Of a stretch of DNA of 64,000 nucleotides, positions 55,207 through 64,000 are shown piece after piece; the first letter of the stretch is position 1, and each line of letters starts with the position of its first letter. The DNA comes from Candidatus Udaeobacter sp. (GTDB lineage: Bacteria > Patescibacteriota > Patescibacteriia > Magasanikbacterales > GWA2-37-8): contig DATION010000004.1 in NCBI GenBank assembly GCA_035473115.1, positions 33,126 to 97,125 of the forward strand. Direction: 5' to 3'. Made by a program: the position numbers and the translations under genes. Below the pieces are notes generated by a model. The model worked only from the letters and a program-made list of their open reading frames with translations, was not told the origin of the DNA and did no database searches.

Positions 55207-56661
55207 TTATAATTTTTCCCAATCCTGCACATCTTTTAAGTATTCGCCTTTTATTTTCTCAAAATATTCTTTGGCCGCTTCGTAGTCATTAGGAATAATT
55301 CCGTCTAAGATAGCTTCTTCAATCGCCTCTTTTATTCTGCCCACGGTTGGCCCGGGTTTTATTTGGCATAACTCCATAATTTCATCACCGCGCAGCGGAG
55401 ATTGAAACGCTCGCAACTTATCTCTTTCCAAAACTTCGGCAATCTTTTTTTCCAGGTTATCATAATTTTTTAATCTTTTTTCTTTTTTGTATGGATTGCC
55501 AGTAGTAATGTCGCTGCGGCCTAAAATTAATAAATCATTTAACTCTTCGCCGAGACTCACAATCAACCGACGCACGGCCGAATCGGTAATACCTTCGTCC
55601 ATTAGACTTATCGGCTGCATATGCCAGCGCACCAGTTTGGCCAAATAATCGGTATCATTTTTGGAAAAACGCAAACGACGGCTGATTTGGTAAACCATTT
55701 TTTTGCCCACATGTTCATGCTGATAAAATGTCCAGCCGATTTTAGGAACAAATTTTTTGGTAGCTGGTTTGCCAATATCATGCAAAAGTCCGGCCAAACG
55801 AAGCAATGTCTTGTCTGAAAATTCAGCTACATTATCTACCACTTTAAATGTATGCGTTAAATTATCTTTATGCTGATGACCATAAACATCTTCTACGCCT
55901 TCCAGTTTAGAAATTTCCGGTAAAACCACATCCAAAATATGAGTTTGCCACATCAAAGTCAAACCAATAGATGGTTTTGGGCAAGCCATTAATTTAAAAA
56001 GTTCTTCCTGAATTCTTTCCGCCGAAATAATTTTTAAACGTTCCCGATTTTTATAGATCGATTCCAAAGTTTTTGGATCAATCGAAAAATCAAGTTGGCT
56101 AGCAAAGCGCACCGCTCGCATCATCCGCAGCGGATCATCACTAAAAGTTTGATCGGGATCAAGCGGCGTGCGCAAAATTTTATCAACCAGATCTTGGCTG
56201 CCATTAAATAAATCAATTAAATTTTTTTTCAATTTGCCTTCAGTCAATTTTTTGCTATCCGCAAAAATTGCTACTGGAGCAGCCATCGCATTGACTGTAA
56301 AATCTCGTCGAGCTAAATCCTCTTCCAAAGTTGTCTGCTCCACTACCGGCTTACGTGACTGAGTTTGATATTTTTCCCTGCGAGCGCCGGCAAACTCAAG
56401 CGACAGTTCTCCATCTTCGTCAGTTAAAATATAACGGGCCGTATCAAAATCCGGAAATTCAATTAGGCTGCCGGCCTGTTCTAAGGCTTCATCAAATTTT
56501 TTAGCAAACTCCAAACCACTGCCGACAACCACAAAATCAATATCCTTTTTTTGCTTTCGCCCCATTAAAAAATCACGCACAAAACCGCCCACCACATATG
56601 CTGGAACTTTTGACTCGGCTGCGACAGAATCAATTTTTTTAAATATTTTTTCTAAATTCAT
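55207..56661 (-). CDS. cca: CCA-adding tRNA nucleotidyltransferase (PolyA_pol head domain + HD domain)
   Basis: YVVGGFVRDFLMGRKQKKDIDFVV N-terminal nucleotidyltransferase motif (GGxVRD...DxD). HD motif LLHDIGKP in the C-terminal half. Length is 484 aa. Confidence 0.8.
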   Translation of the reverse strand: MNLEKIFKKIDSVAAESKVPAYVVGGFVRDFLMGRKQKKDIDFVVVGSGLEFAKKFDEALEQAGSLIEFPDFDTARYILTDEDGELSLEFAGARREKYQTQSRKPVVEQTTLEEDLARRDFTVNAMAAPVAIFADSKKLTEGKLKKNLIDLFNGSQDLVDKILRTPLDPDQTFSDDPLRMMRAVRFASQLDFSIDPKTLESIYKNRERLKIISAERIQEELFKLMACPKPSIGLTLMWQTHILDVVLPEISKLEGVEDVYGHQHKDNLTHTFKVVDNVAEFSDKTLLRLAGLLHDIGKPATKKFVPKIGWTFYQHEHVGKKMVYQISRRLRFSKNDTDYLAKLVRWHMQPISLMDEGITDSAVRRLIVSLGEELNDLLILGRSDITTGNPYKKEKRLKNYDNLEKKIAEVLERDKLRAFQSPLRGDEIMELCQIKPGPTVGRIKEAIEEAILDGIIPNDYEAAKEYFEKIKGEYLKDVQDWEKL

Positions 56662-56668
56662 GAAAATA

Positions 56669-57703
56669 CTAAACTTTCTTGATTGCTCCCACTCTGTTTT
56701 CGGCTACTTCTTCACTTACTAGCCCCTCTTTGACTAATTTCTTCACTGAATTTTCCATGGTTGACATGCCTTCTTTGATTCCGGTTTGAATAGTTGATTT
56801 TATCTGGCCAACTTCATTATTGCGCACTAAATTTGAGACAGCTGGAGTGTTAATTAAAATTTCTCTAGCCGGCACTAATCCGCCGTCTTTGGACGGCAAT
56901 AATTGCTGAGCCACCACGCCGCGCAAGACCGAAGATAATTGAATCAGAATCTGCTTCTGTTTTGAACCTTCAAATACATCGACGATACGCTCTATGGCTT
57001 CAGCAGCGCTGGGAGTATGCAAAGTAGAAAAAACCAAATGGCCGGTTTCGGCGGCGGTAAGCACGGTGGAAATAGTTTCCGGATCACGCATTTCCCCCAC
57101 CAGAATTACGTTTGGATCCTGGCGCAAAACATACTTTAAAGCATTGGCAAAAGATTTGGTATCAACCCCAATTTCACGCTGCTCAATCAAACTTTTTTTA
57201 TCTTTATAAACAAATTCAATCGGATCTTCAATGGTAATAATATGAGCTTTTCTGGTTTTGTTGATTTCTTCAATCATCGAAGCAATGGTAGTAGTTTTTC
57301 CGCAACCAGTTGGTCCGGTTACCAAAACCAAACCGTCTAACAAATTTTTCATATCAAGCAAAGCCGGTTCAAAACGCAAATCTTCCGGAGTTGGAATTTC
57401 GGTAGGAATAATGCGGGCGCTCAAACCGATATTTTCCGATTGCTGATGCAGGTTCACACGAAAACGAGTGTCATCTAATTGATAACTAAAATCCAGTTCT
57501 TTATCTTCGTTATATTTAGCTTGCTGATCCTTACTTAGCAAGGCTTCAATTCCAGCCATTAGGTCTTTATTATTTAAAGGCTTGTCTTCCAGCTCTGTTA
57601 ATTGGCCTTCTATGCGCAGCATTGGTAATTCACCACCAACCAAATGCAGGTCTGAAGCGTCTTGTTTGATAGCTTTTTCAAAATAAGATTTGATGTCTAA
57701 CAT
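56669..57703 (-). CDS. pilT: type IV pilus retraction ATPase PilT/PilU family
   Basis: LVLVTGPTGCGKTTT Walker A. Typical PilT length (344 aa) and secretion-ATPase signatures. Confidence 0.85.
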   Translation of the reverse strand: MLDIKSYFEKAIKQDASDLHLVGGELPMLRIEGQLTELEDKPLNNKDLMAGIEALLSKDQQAKYNEDKELDFSYQLDDTRFRVNLHQQSENIGLSARIIPTEIPTPEDLRFEPALLDMKNLLDGLVLVTGPTGCGKTTTIASMIEEINKTRKAHIITIEDPIEFVYKDKKSLIEQREIGVDTKSFANALKYVLRQDPNVILVGEMRDPETISTVLTAAETGHLVFSTLHTPSAAEAIERIVDVFEGSKQKQILIQLSSVLRGVVAQQLLPSKDGGLVPAREILINTPAVSNLVRNNEVGQIKSTIQTGIKEGMSTMENSVKKLVKEGLVSEEVAENRVGAIKKV

Positions 57704-57816
57704 AAAAAAACAGATTAAGTAAGTTAATTTATGCTTAAACTATAACATAAAGGTTTAAGCTTGAAAAGCTAAATTTATTATGCTAAGGTAAAAATTAAAA
57801 GAAAGGGCAAACTATC

Positions 57817-58086
57817 ATGCCAACCAATCTTTGCGATGCTTGGAACGACCTCCTCATAGGCCGCTACCTTGGACAAACATATGATATCTTGGAAAAAAAT
57901 CGAGGTGCATATTCCAAGCACCTCATCAGTTGTGAAACTTGCAGACAAGCTGTTGAACCATGGTTAGTATGGCCAGCTGTTAGACCCGAAGAGTTAGGAA
58001 ACTTAACAACTGAGCAGTATCTTGATGTATTAAGAGACGTGGCTGCTTTTGCCAGAGGGCATATCCCTAAAAAATATGCCGCTTAA
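57817..58086 (+). CDS. hypothetical small protein (89 aa), unknown function
   Basis: SD-like AAGAAAGGG 8 nt upstream. GC is elevated (roughly 43%). A strong GC hairpin follows (58121-58143). No recognisable motif. Confidence 0.4.
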   Translation: MPTNLCDAWNDLLIGRYLGQTYDILEKNRGAYSKHLISCETCRQAVEPWLVWPAVRPEELGNLTTEQYLDVLRDVAAFARGHIPKKYAA

Positions 58087-58364
58087 CTCCAGATACAAAA
58101 TTGTTAAGCATATTCAAAAAAGAGGGCGTAACAAACGCCCTCTTAAAAAATACTTTAAATTTAAATTGATTACTGCATTAAAGATACGATACTATATCTC
58201 TAGCTTAACTAAACCTGTTTACATCAGACAATATTAATGATATTTTTATCTAATAGCTCTTTAATAAACTGCAGACAGCCTGTTTTATTTAAAATTTTTT
58301 GAATAAACTAGGCTGTTTGTACAAAAAAACTGTGCCGTAACTGGCCAACCGAGAGGATAGCTCA

Positions 58365-58853
58365 ATGTCATCTACAAGGAACCATAGCACTTTTGGGGAA
58401 ATATTGGTCAAGTATTTTGGCCTAAAACTTATCTTTGTCGGCCTGGCAGGTTTCGGATACAGAACTGCTGAATTCCCTGAAGATCGTACTATGTGGGGCA
58501 GTCTGACTGCAATATTCACTTTACTTGGTATTGCTGTACTGCTCTTAGCGCGTTTCCTAAAAAAATACCGGCTCAATAAAGGGACGGCGTTTAACCGCTG
58601 GGAGAGATTTCTTGATACAATGGGACCAGCAATATTTTTTCTCTCAGTTGCGGCTCAAGTGCCAATCGGCATGAATGTTCGCCTCGATATCGTACCGTGG
58701 GTAAGTCTGGGCTGCTACATTGGCGGATGCATGGCCAGCACCTTATTTGTGATATGGGTAACACGGACAAACGTAAAACGCCAGCAAAGAACAATCGCGG
58801 TGGAAGCAATGCTAAGCTCAGCAACTGCCGATCAAAAACGCAAACCTGCGTAA
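58365..58853 (+). CDS. hypothetical 4-TM membrane protein (162 aa)
   Basis: SD GAGAGGA before the ATG, four clear hydrophobic helices and elevated GC (roughly 47%). Preferred over the overlapping low-complexity minus-strand ORFs. Confidence 0.4.
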   Translation: MSSTRNHSTFGEILVKYFGLKLIFVGLAGFGYRTAEFPEDRTMWGSLTAIFTLLGIAVLLLARFLKKYRLNKGTAFNRWERFLDTMGPAIFFLSVAAQVPIGMNVRLDIVPWVSLGCYIGGCMASTLFVIWVTRTNVKRQQRTIAVEAMLSSATADQKRKPA

Positions 58854-59032
58854 GAAACTCTTGCCAAATCCTATGGCGCGCTAGTAGCGAAGCGCCAAAC
58901 GGAGGCAAAAAAACAAGTTCGCTACTGATTCAAAAGCAGCTATATAACTAATGGCTGTTTTTGTTTTTAAATTTTACAAAAACCTTTTCTACTGATATTC
59001 TTTTATTACTGCTTACTTAAACAAACATAAAA

Positions 59033-59491
59033 ATGCAGATTATAACTAAATCCCAATCCCAAACCGAACTATTCGGCAAAAACCTGGCCGCCAAACTAAA
59101 AGGCGGTGATATTTTATTATTATCAGGAGAGCTAGGGGCTGGCAAAACTTCTTTGGTCAAAGGTATTGCTGCAGGCTTGGGCATAAAAAATGAAATCACC
59201 AGTCCAACATTTACTTTAATGAATGTTTACCCTGTTAAATCCGGCAAAGCCGGACCGCCTTCAGCGGTATTTAACAGGGTAAATACTCTTGTACATATTG
59301 ATACTTATCGGCTAAAAGACGAGAAAGAATTATCAGAAATCGGCGTGGAAGACTACCTGGGCCAAGCAAATACTATCTGTATTATCGAATGGCCGGAAAA
59401 AATAGCTGACTTATTAAAAAAATACGACACAACTTCAATCACCATTGAACATGGCGAAAAACCGGAAGAAAGAAAAATAATAACTTCTTAA
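59033..59491 (+). CDS. tsaE: tRNA threonylcarbamoyladenosine biosynthesis ATPase TsaE (YjeE)
   Basis: ILLLSGELGAGKTSLVKGIA Walker A and the SPTFTLMNVY motif typical of TsaE. Length is 152 aa. Confidence 0.8.
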   Translation: MQIITKSQSQTELFGKNLAAKLKGGDILLLSGELGAGKTSLVKGIAAGLGIKNEITSPTFTLMNVYPVKSGKAGPPSAVFNRVNTLVHIDTYRLKDEKELSEIGVEDYLGQANTICIIEWPEKIADLLKKYDTTSITIEHGEKPEERKIITS

Positions 59492-59970
59492 CCCAGCCAA
59501 GCGCGCAGTCTAGGGAATTTAGCAGCCACAGGCAAATTATAGAGCCACCTGTCTAAACCCCAAATATGCCCGGCGCGAAAACTGGCCAATACCAAGAGTC
59601 CGGCCATATAAATAATATGTTCATCAACCAAAAATGCATGCTGGCCAACCAGAGGAAAATTTAAAATTGGCAGATAAAATAAAAACATTAGCGCCATTCC
59701 CAAATAAGAACTGAGACGAACCAGCAAACCCAATACCAGAGACAGACCAAGCAGAAGTAATCCCCACTTCACCATAAATTCCACGATCGGCAAAACTTGC
59801 GGATTTAAAAACCACTCATACAACCAAACAAAACTTTTGGCGCTTTTTATATAACCAGCAGCTGAAAATTTTGGGTCTAAAACATCACCAATACCGACAT
59901 AAAGATACATCCAGCCCATTAACACTCGTAAAATAAATACCGAAGCCAGACGTGGTTTTGACATTGACAT
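59488..59970 (-). CDS. DoxX-family membrane protein
   Basis: 160 aa with 4 TM helices. The LRVLMGWMYLYVGIGDVLDP pattern resembles DoxX. Confidence 0.5.
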   Translation of the reverse strand: MSMSKPRLASVFILRVLMGWMYLYVGIGDVLDPKFSAAGYIKSAKSFVWLYEWFLNPQVLPIVEFMVKWGLLLLGLSLVLGLLVRLSSYLGMALMFLFYLPILNFPLVGQHAFLVDEHIIYMAGLLVLASFRAGHIWGLDRWLYNLPVAAKFPRLRAWLG

Positions 59971-60032
59971 AAGCTGGGTTAAAAATTAAACACTTATATT
60001 ATACCTGGTTAGGCTTAATTGGTAAAATTATT

Positions 60033-62270
60033 TTAAATAATCTTTTTTCGTTTGAGAAGAAGTGAATTTGAAACCACTGAAACAGAGCTGCTAGCCATAG
60101 CCACGGAAGCAAAGATCGGATTAAGCAAAATATGAAACAATGGATAAAGCGCACCCATCGCTACTGGAATAAGAATAATATTGTAGGCAAAAGCCCAAAA
60201 TAGATTCATTTTAATTGTGCGCATAGTTTTCTTGGAAAGCACAATTGCGGCCGCTACTGAACGCAGATCTTTATTAATCAAAGTTATATCAGCCGCTTCA
60301 ATAGCCACATCAGTACCGCTACCCATCGCAATCCCCACATCAGCCGCAGCCAAAGCTGGCGCATCATTTATGCCGTCACCCACCATGGCCACCACTTTAC
60401 CTTCGGCCTGAATTTTTTTCACTTCCGCTTCTTTTTGATCTGGCAATACTTCGGCCAACACTCGGCTGATGCCTAATTTTACGGCAATCGCGCTGGCAGT
60501 GCGCTCATTATCACCGGTAATCATGACGGATTCAATTCCTAATGCTTTTAAAGCAGCCAAACCATCTTTGGCAGTATCCTTAACCACATCAGCCACGGCA
60601 ATCAAACCAACTAGCACACCATCAGCAGCTAGCGCCATCACAGTCTTGCCATCATTTTCTAATTTAATAATCTGATTATTTTGTTCACTGCCAATAACAA
60701 TTTTTTCTCGTTCCATCAGCCGCCGATTGCCAAAATAAATTTTTTTACCGTCAATATTTCCTTCCACGCCATGACCGGCAATAGCCTGAAACCCTTCAAC
60801 TTTGCTCGGGGTAAGTTTTTCTCCTTCAGCTTTTTTAACAATTGCTTCGGCCAAAGAATGTTCTGATCCCTTTTCAATTGAAGCGGCCAAACGCAATAAT
60901 TCTTCGCTCTTTAAATTATTAACCGAAATTATATCTGTCACCTCCGGCTTGCCAACTGTGAGTGTTCCGGTTTTATCAAAAACAATTGTATTAATTTTAT
61001 GGGCTGTTTCCAAACTGGCTGCATCTTTAATTAAAATTCCATGTTCCGCGCCTTTGCCAGTGCCAACCATAATGGCGGTTGGCGTTGCCAAACCCATGGC
61101 GCATGGACAGGCAATAATTAGTACCGCCACAGTATTTAAAATAGCCAGTAAAATTCCTTGATCGACGGGGCCAAAGTTATACCACAAAACAAAAGTCGCC
61201 ACGGCCAACATAATAACTATTGGCACAAAATAGGAAGAAATTAAATCGGCAATCCGCTGAATCGGCGCTTTGCTTCCCTGCGCTTCCTGAACCAGTTTAA
61301 TAATTTGCGCCAACATAGTTTGCTCACCAACTTTGGCAGCCGTAAAAGTAAACGTGCCGGTTTTATTTATAGTTGCTCCCACCACATTATCGCCTTTGGC
61401 TTTATCAGTCGGAATGCTTTCTCCGGTAACCATTGATTCATCTACCGAAGACTCACCTTCAATAATAACACCATCAACCGGAATTTTTTCTCCCGGCCGC
61501 ACGCGAATAATATCGCCGATCATAACTTGGCCAAGTGGAATATCTGTTTCTTGGCCATTTCGAACTACCCGCGCCGTTTTGGCTTGCAAACCGATTAATT
61601 TTTTAATAGCTTCGGAAGTGCCGGCTTTGGCTCTGGCTTCAAAATAACGGCCAAGCAAAATTAAGCCAATAATAATTGTACTGACATCAAAATATGGCAT
61701 TGCTTCAATCCCCGCTCTTTGCACCACTGCTGGCATAAGAGTTACAAAAGTTGAATAACCAAAAGCTACGGTTGTTCCCATCGCTACCAACGTATCCATA
61801 TTGGCGCTGCGATGTTTGAGTGAAGAAATGGCAGCCCGATAAAATCCAAACCCAGCCCAAAACTGCACGGGCAGAGCCAACAATAATTGCACTAAAAAAT
61901 TTTGTAAAAATATTGGCGCGGTTTTTGCCAGTCCCGGAAAACTTCCCCAAAGTATTAAGCCGCCCAAAACCAAACTGACAATTACTTTTATTTTTAAATC
62001 ACGCAATTCTTTTTGTTTCTCTAATTGTTCTTCATCAACAGTTGCAGTATCCTGGCCGAGCATGGCCTGGTAACCGGCGCCAGCAACAGCTTCTTTTAAA
62101 TGAACATCACTGACAATTTGCGGATCATAAACAACAGTCGCTTTTTCGGTCGCCAAATTTACATTTGCCTGACTAATGCCACTCACCTGTTTTAATGCCC
62201 GTTCCAATAAAACAACGCATGAAGCGCAATGCATGCCTTTGATAGAAAAAGTTTTTTTAGATTCAGGCAT
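60033..62270 (-). CDS. copA: copper-translocating P1B-type ATPase with N-terminal HMA domain
   Basis: [15 protein letters not shown] (HMA), [11 protein letters not shown] (CPC), DKTGTLT and [10 protein letters not shown] motifs. Length is 745 aa. Confidence 0.9.
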   Translation of the reverse strand: MPESKKTFSIKGMHCASCVVLLERALKQVSGISQANVNLATEKATVVYDPQIVSDVHLKEAVAGAGYQAMLGQDTATVDEEQLEKQKELRDLKIKVIVSLVLGGLILWGSFPGLAKTAPIFLQNFLVQLLLALPVQFWAGFGFYRAAISSLKHRSANMDTLVAMGTTVAFGYSTFVTLMPAVVQRAGIEAMPYFDVSTIIIGLILLGRYFEARAKAGTSEAIKKLIGLQAKTARVVRNGQETDIPLGQVMIGDIIRVRPGEKIPVDGVIIEGESSVDESMVTGESIPTDKAKGDNVVGATINKTGTFTFTAAKVGEQTMLAQIIKLVQEAQGSKAPIQRIADLISSYFVPIVIMLAVATFVLWYNFGPVDQGILLAILNTVAVLIIACPCAMGLATPTAIMVGTGKGAEHGILIKDAASLETAHKINTIVFDKTGTLTVGKPEVTDIISVNNLKSEELLRLAASIEKGSEHSLAEAIVKKAEGEKLTPSKVEGFQAIAGHGVEGNIDGKKIYFGNRRLMEREKIVIGSEQNNQIIKLENDGKTVMALAADGVLVGLIAVADVVKDTAKDGLAALKALGIESVMITGDNERTASAIAVKLGISRVLAEVLPDQKEAEVKKIQAEGKVVAMVGDGINDAPALAAADVGIAMGSGTDVAIEAADITLINKDLRSVAAAIVLSKKTMRTIKMNLFWAFAYNIILIPVAMGALYPLFHILLNPIFASVAMASSSVSVVSNSLLLKRKKII

Positions 62271-62281
62271 ACTATTTTTAA

Positions 62282-62641
62282 TTATTTAACAATTAATTTT
62301 CCATGAAACATATTCATGCCGCAGACAAATTCATACTCCCCTGCTTTTTCTGGCTTTAATTCTATAGAAACAGTTTGATTAAGCGGCAAAAATTTACGAA
62401 TTTTAAATTCCGGTATCAATACTTCTTCCAAACAACTGGACGGATCTTTGCGCGTAAACTGCAGAGTAGTTATTTTTCCTTGAGCAATAGAAATTACGCT
62501 TGGCGAGTAACCGCCATCAACTACTATATCTACCACATCACCAGCAGTAACCGCTTTTTCTTTTTTCATCAAGAAAAACCAGTAGATAAAAATAATAATG
62601 CCAACGCCGACAACAGTAACAATAATACTATTTGGTTGCAT
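62282..62641 (-). CDS. membrane-anchored cupredoxin-like copper-binding protein
   Basis: 119 aa with an N-terminal TM helix. C-terminal [17 protein letters not shown] is the cupredoxin_1-type C-x-M-x-x-H-x-M site commonly found beside copA. Confidence 0.55.
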   Translation of the reverse strand: MQPNSIIVTVVGVGIIIFIYWFFLMKKEKAVTAGDVVDIVVDGGYSPSVISIAQGKITTLQFTRKDPSSCLEEVLIPEFKIRKFLPLNQTVSIELKPEKAGEYEFVCGMNMFHGKLIVK

Positions 62642-62771
62642 ATTGTAGTTATTTAATAATTAAGCAATAAATATTTTTGCTTTTCGCCGCGAGGACGCTT
62701 GCGTGCCGTGCGATTATTGCGGGCGTGCGCACCCACAGCCAGAAAAGTAAAAATATTTATAATAAAAACTA

Positions 62772-64000
62772 CTACTCTGTTACAATAAATTTACCGCGAT
62801 ACATTCCCATAGAGCAAGAAAATGGAATTTCCCCGGTTTCATTTGGTGTAAAATTAATAATATTTTCTCCGGAACGCAGTGATTTGCTGATGCCATATTT
62901 TGGCACAACCAAATAAGCGGCGCACGACAAAGAAGTTTCCGAATTAATTATCCATTTAACCGGTTGGTCTTTTTTTATAGTCAAAATATTTGGCGAATAA
63001 CCGGTGCGGCCTTGAGTCATGCGCACTTCTTGAGCGTTCTGATCAGCCACTACAACTGCAGCTTGTTTATCGACCCGCTTGCCAAATAAACGAGCCCCAT
63101 TACTTATATTAAATAACCCCAAAACAATTACCGTTAATCCTGCAACCATAAAAAATAACCGCGCCTTTCGGCCTTTAAATACAGAAGTCAAACCGCCAAT
63201 GCCCAAGAGTCCAGGCGCAGTGCCAATCGCAAACAAGCCCATAATAGCCATGCCTTGCCAGAAACTACCGGTAGAAACAGCATACAACTGCATCGCTTGG
63301 GTAAATCCGCACGGCAAAAAAAATGTCAACACGCCCATTACTATCGCTCCTTTATGACTATACTCTTTTACTTCTTTGTTCAAGCCAAAAAATTTGGCAA
63401 TGCCCGAGGGCAAAGTAATACTTTTATCGCGCAACGCCGGAAAAATTTCTATCAACTTGAGACCAAAAAATACCATTACCCCGCCAATTATTACCGTTAA
63501 TACTCCAAGCAAATTATTTGCTGGTTTAAACGCTTGACCAATCAAACCTACAAAACCGCCTAAAACAGCAAAACCTACAATTCTGCCAAGGTTAAAAAAT
63601 ATATGCGGACGAAATTTTTGCGCTGCTGTAGCTTCTGGGTGCTGTTCGGCATGTCGTGCCGCCAAACTAAGAACCAAACCGCCAACTAGTGCCATGCAAG
63701 TTGAGACTCCGGCCACCAGCCCAACCAAAAGCGCCACCATCACACCGGAATTTGGCGCGTTAAAACCTAGATCAAACATACCAAATAACCTGGCAACCAA
63801 ATAAATTATTAAAAAGATTCCCAATGCTATCGCTAAATCTTTATAATCGGCCAGACTGCGAGAAATCCAAGGCAATTTATCTTTTTTGCCAACTTCATAA
63901 CCAGCATCTTTAACCGCTTTAATAAGATCTTCATCATTTATATTTACTGTTTCCGGATATTCAATCGTGGCCAAAGATTTTTTTTGACTAACACGAACGC
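62772..64000 (-). CDS. HMA domain - DsbD/CcdA-like transmembrane - cupredoxin fusion protein (5' end beyond window)
   Basis: The reading frame is open to the window end. The first in-window residues (…VKKSLATIEYPETVNINDEDLIKAVKDAGYEV) are the C-terminal half of an HMA fold. A multi-TM core follows, then C-terminal FSCSMGMYRGKFIV cupredoxin-like motif. Confidence 0.5.
   Translation of the reverse strand, partial: VRVSQKKSLATIEYPETVNINDEDLIKAVKDAGYEVGKKDKLPWISRSLADYKDLAIALGIFLIIYLVARLFGMFDLGFNAPNSGVMVALLVGLVAGVSTCMALVGGLVLSLAARHAEQHPEATAAQKFRPHIFFNLGRIVGFAVLGGFVGLIGQAFKPANNLLGVLTVIIGGVMVFFGLKLIEIFPALRDKSITLPSGIAKFFGLNKEVKEYSHKGAIVMGVLTFFLPCGFTQAMQLYAVSTGSFWQGMAIMGLFAIGTAPGLLGIGGLTSVFKGRKARLFFMVAGLTVIVLGLFNISNGARLFGKRVDKQAAVVVADQNAQEVRMTQGRTGYSPNILTIKKDQPVKWIINSETSLSCAAYLVVPKYGISKSLRSGENIINFTPNETGEIPFSCSMGMYRGKFIVTE

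Noticed and set aside
55034-55222. 62-aa minus-strand ORF from the six-frame track
   Set aside because: It lies exactly over the tRNA-Cys gene and its terminator hairpin. The reading frame is an artefact of structured RNA sequence.
58108-58143. Hairpin after the 89-aa ORF as a classical plus-strand intrinsic terminator
   Set aside because: The stem (AGAGGGCG/CGCCCTCT) is strong, but on the plus strand it is followed by UAAAAAA rather than a U-tract. The U-tract is on the opposite strand. It is mentioned in findings only as a structural boundary.
58289-58908. 95- and 105-aa minus-strand ORFs
   Set aside because: They overlap the plus-strand 162-aa ORF, which has four clean TM helices and an SD. 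The minus-strand products are basic and low-complexity. Only the plus-strand ORF is retained.
1-64000. CRISPR arrays, IS elements, integrases, rRNA
   Set aside because: No regularly spaced direct repeats, no transposase or integrase-like ORFs, and no rRNA-like sequence were seen. The foreign-GC islets are therefore not called mobile elements.

Overview
This 64 kb window is low-GC (about 35–38% by eye) bacterial chromosomal DNA with very tight gene packing and frequent 4-nt ATGA start/stop overlaps. The style resembles an uncultivated low-GC lineage, possibly Patescibacteria/CPR, but that is an inference.

From position 1 to about 47.7 kb there is one co-oriented, minus-strand super-cluster for cell-surface glycan biosynthesis:
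- a partial RmlB and a SEDS flippase
- about eleven GT2, GT4 and GT-C glycosyltransferases, including a Dpm1-like GT2 fused to a PMT/ArnT-like GT-C
- a Wzx flippase and an O-antigen-ligase/PglL-like protein with TPR repeats
- several SDR epimerases, two Gfo/Idh/MocA oxidoreductases and two WxcM/FdtA cupins
- two UDP-sugar dehydrogenase homologues, one of which lacks the catalytic Cys
- a complete GDP-D-glycero-D-manno-heptose pathway (GmhA, HddA, GmhB, HddC) with an adjacent transaldolase
- a C-methyltransferase::UXS-like decarboxylase fusion of 763 aa
- a CDP-3,6-dideoxyhexose module (RfbF, RfbG, RfbH) joined to a YerE-like ThDP enzyme, an SDR reductase and, unusually, a DmpG/DmpF-like aldolase/acylating aldehyde dehydrogenase pair. 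I judge this last module to be the most novel system in the window: a candidate C-branched dideoxy-sugar pathway.

Two short high-GC islets (IMPase-family and Nudix-like ORFs), each with host-type promoter and SD signals, interrupt the cluster and share a conserved upstream leader.

The right part of the window carries housekeeping genes: tRNA-Val and tRNA-Lys, murG, two tandem divergent protein-kinase-fold paralogues, rpoD with a lysine-rich N-tail, dnaG, an atypical tRNA-Cys, cca, pilT and tsaE. It ends with a copper-resistance cluster (CopA, a cupredoxin, and an HMA–membrane–cupredoxin protein that runs off the window end).

I found no rRNA, CRISPR array, transposase or integrase.
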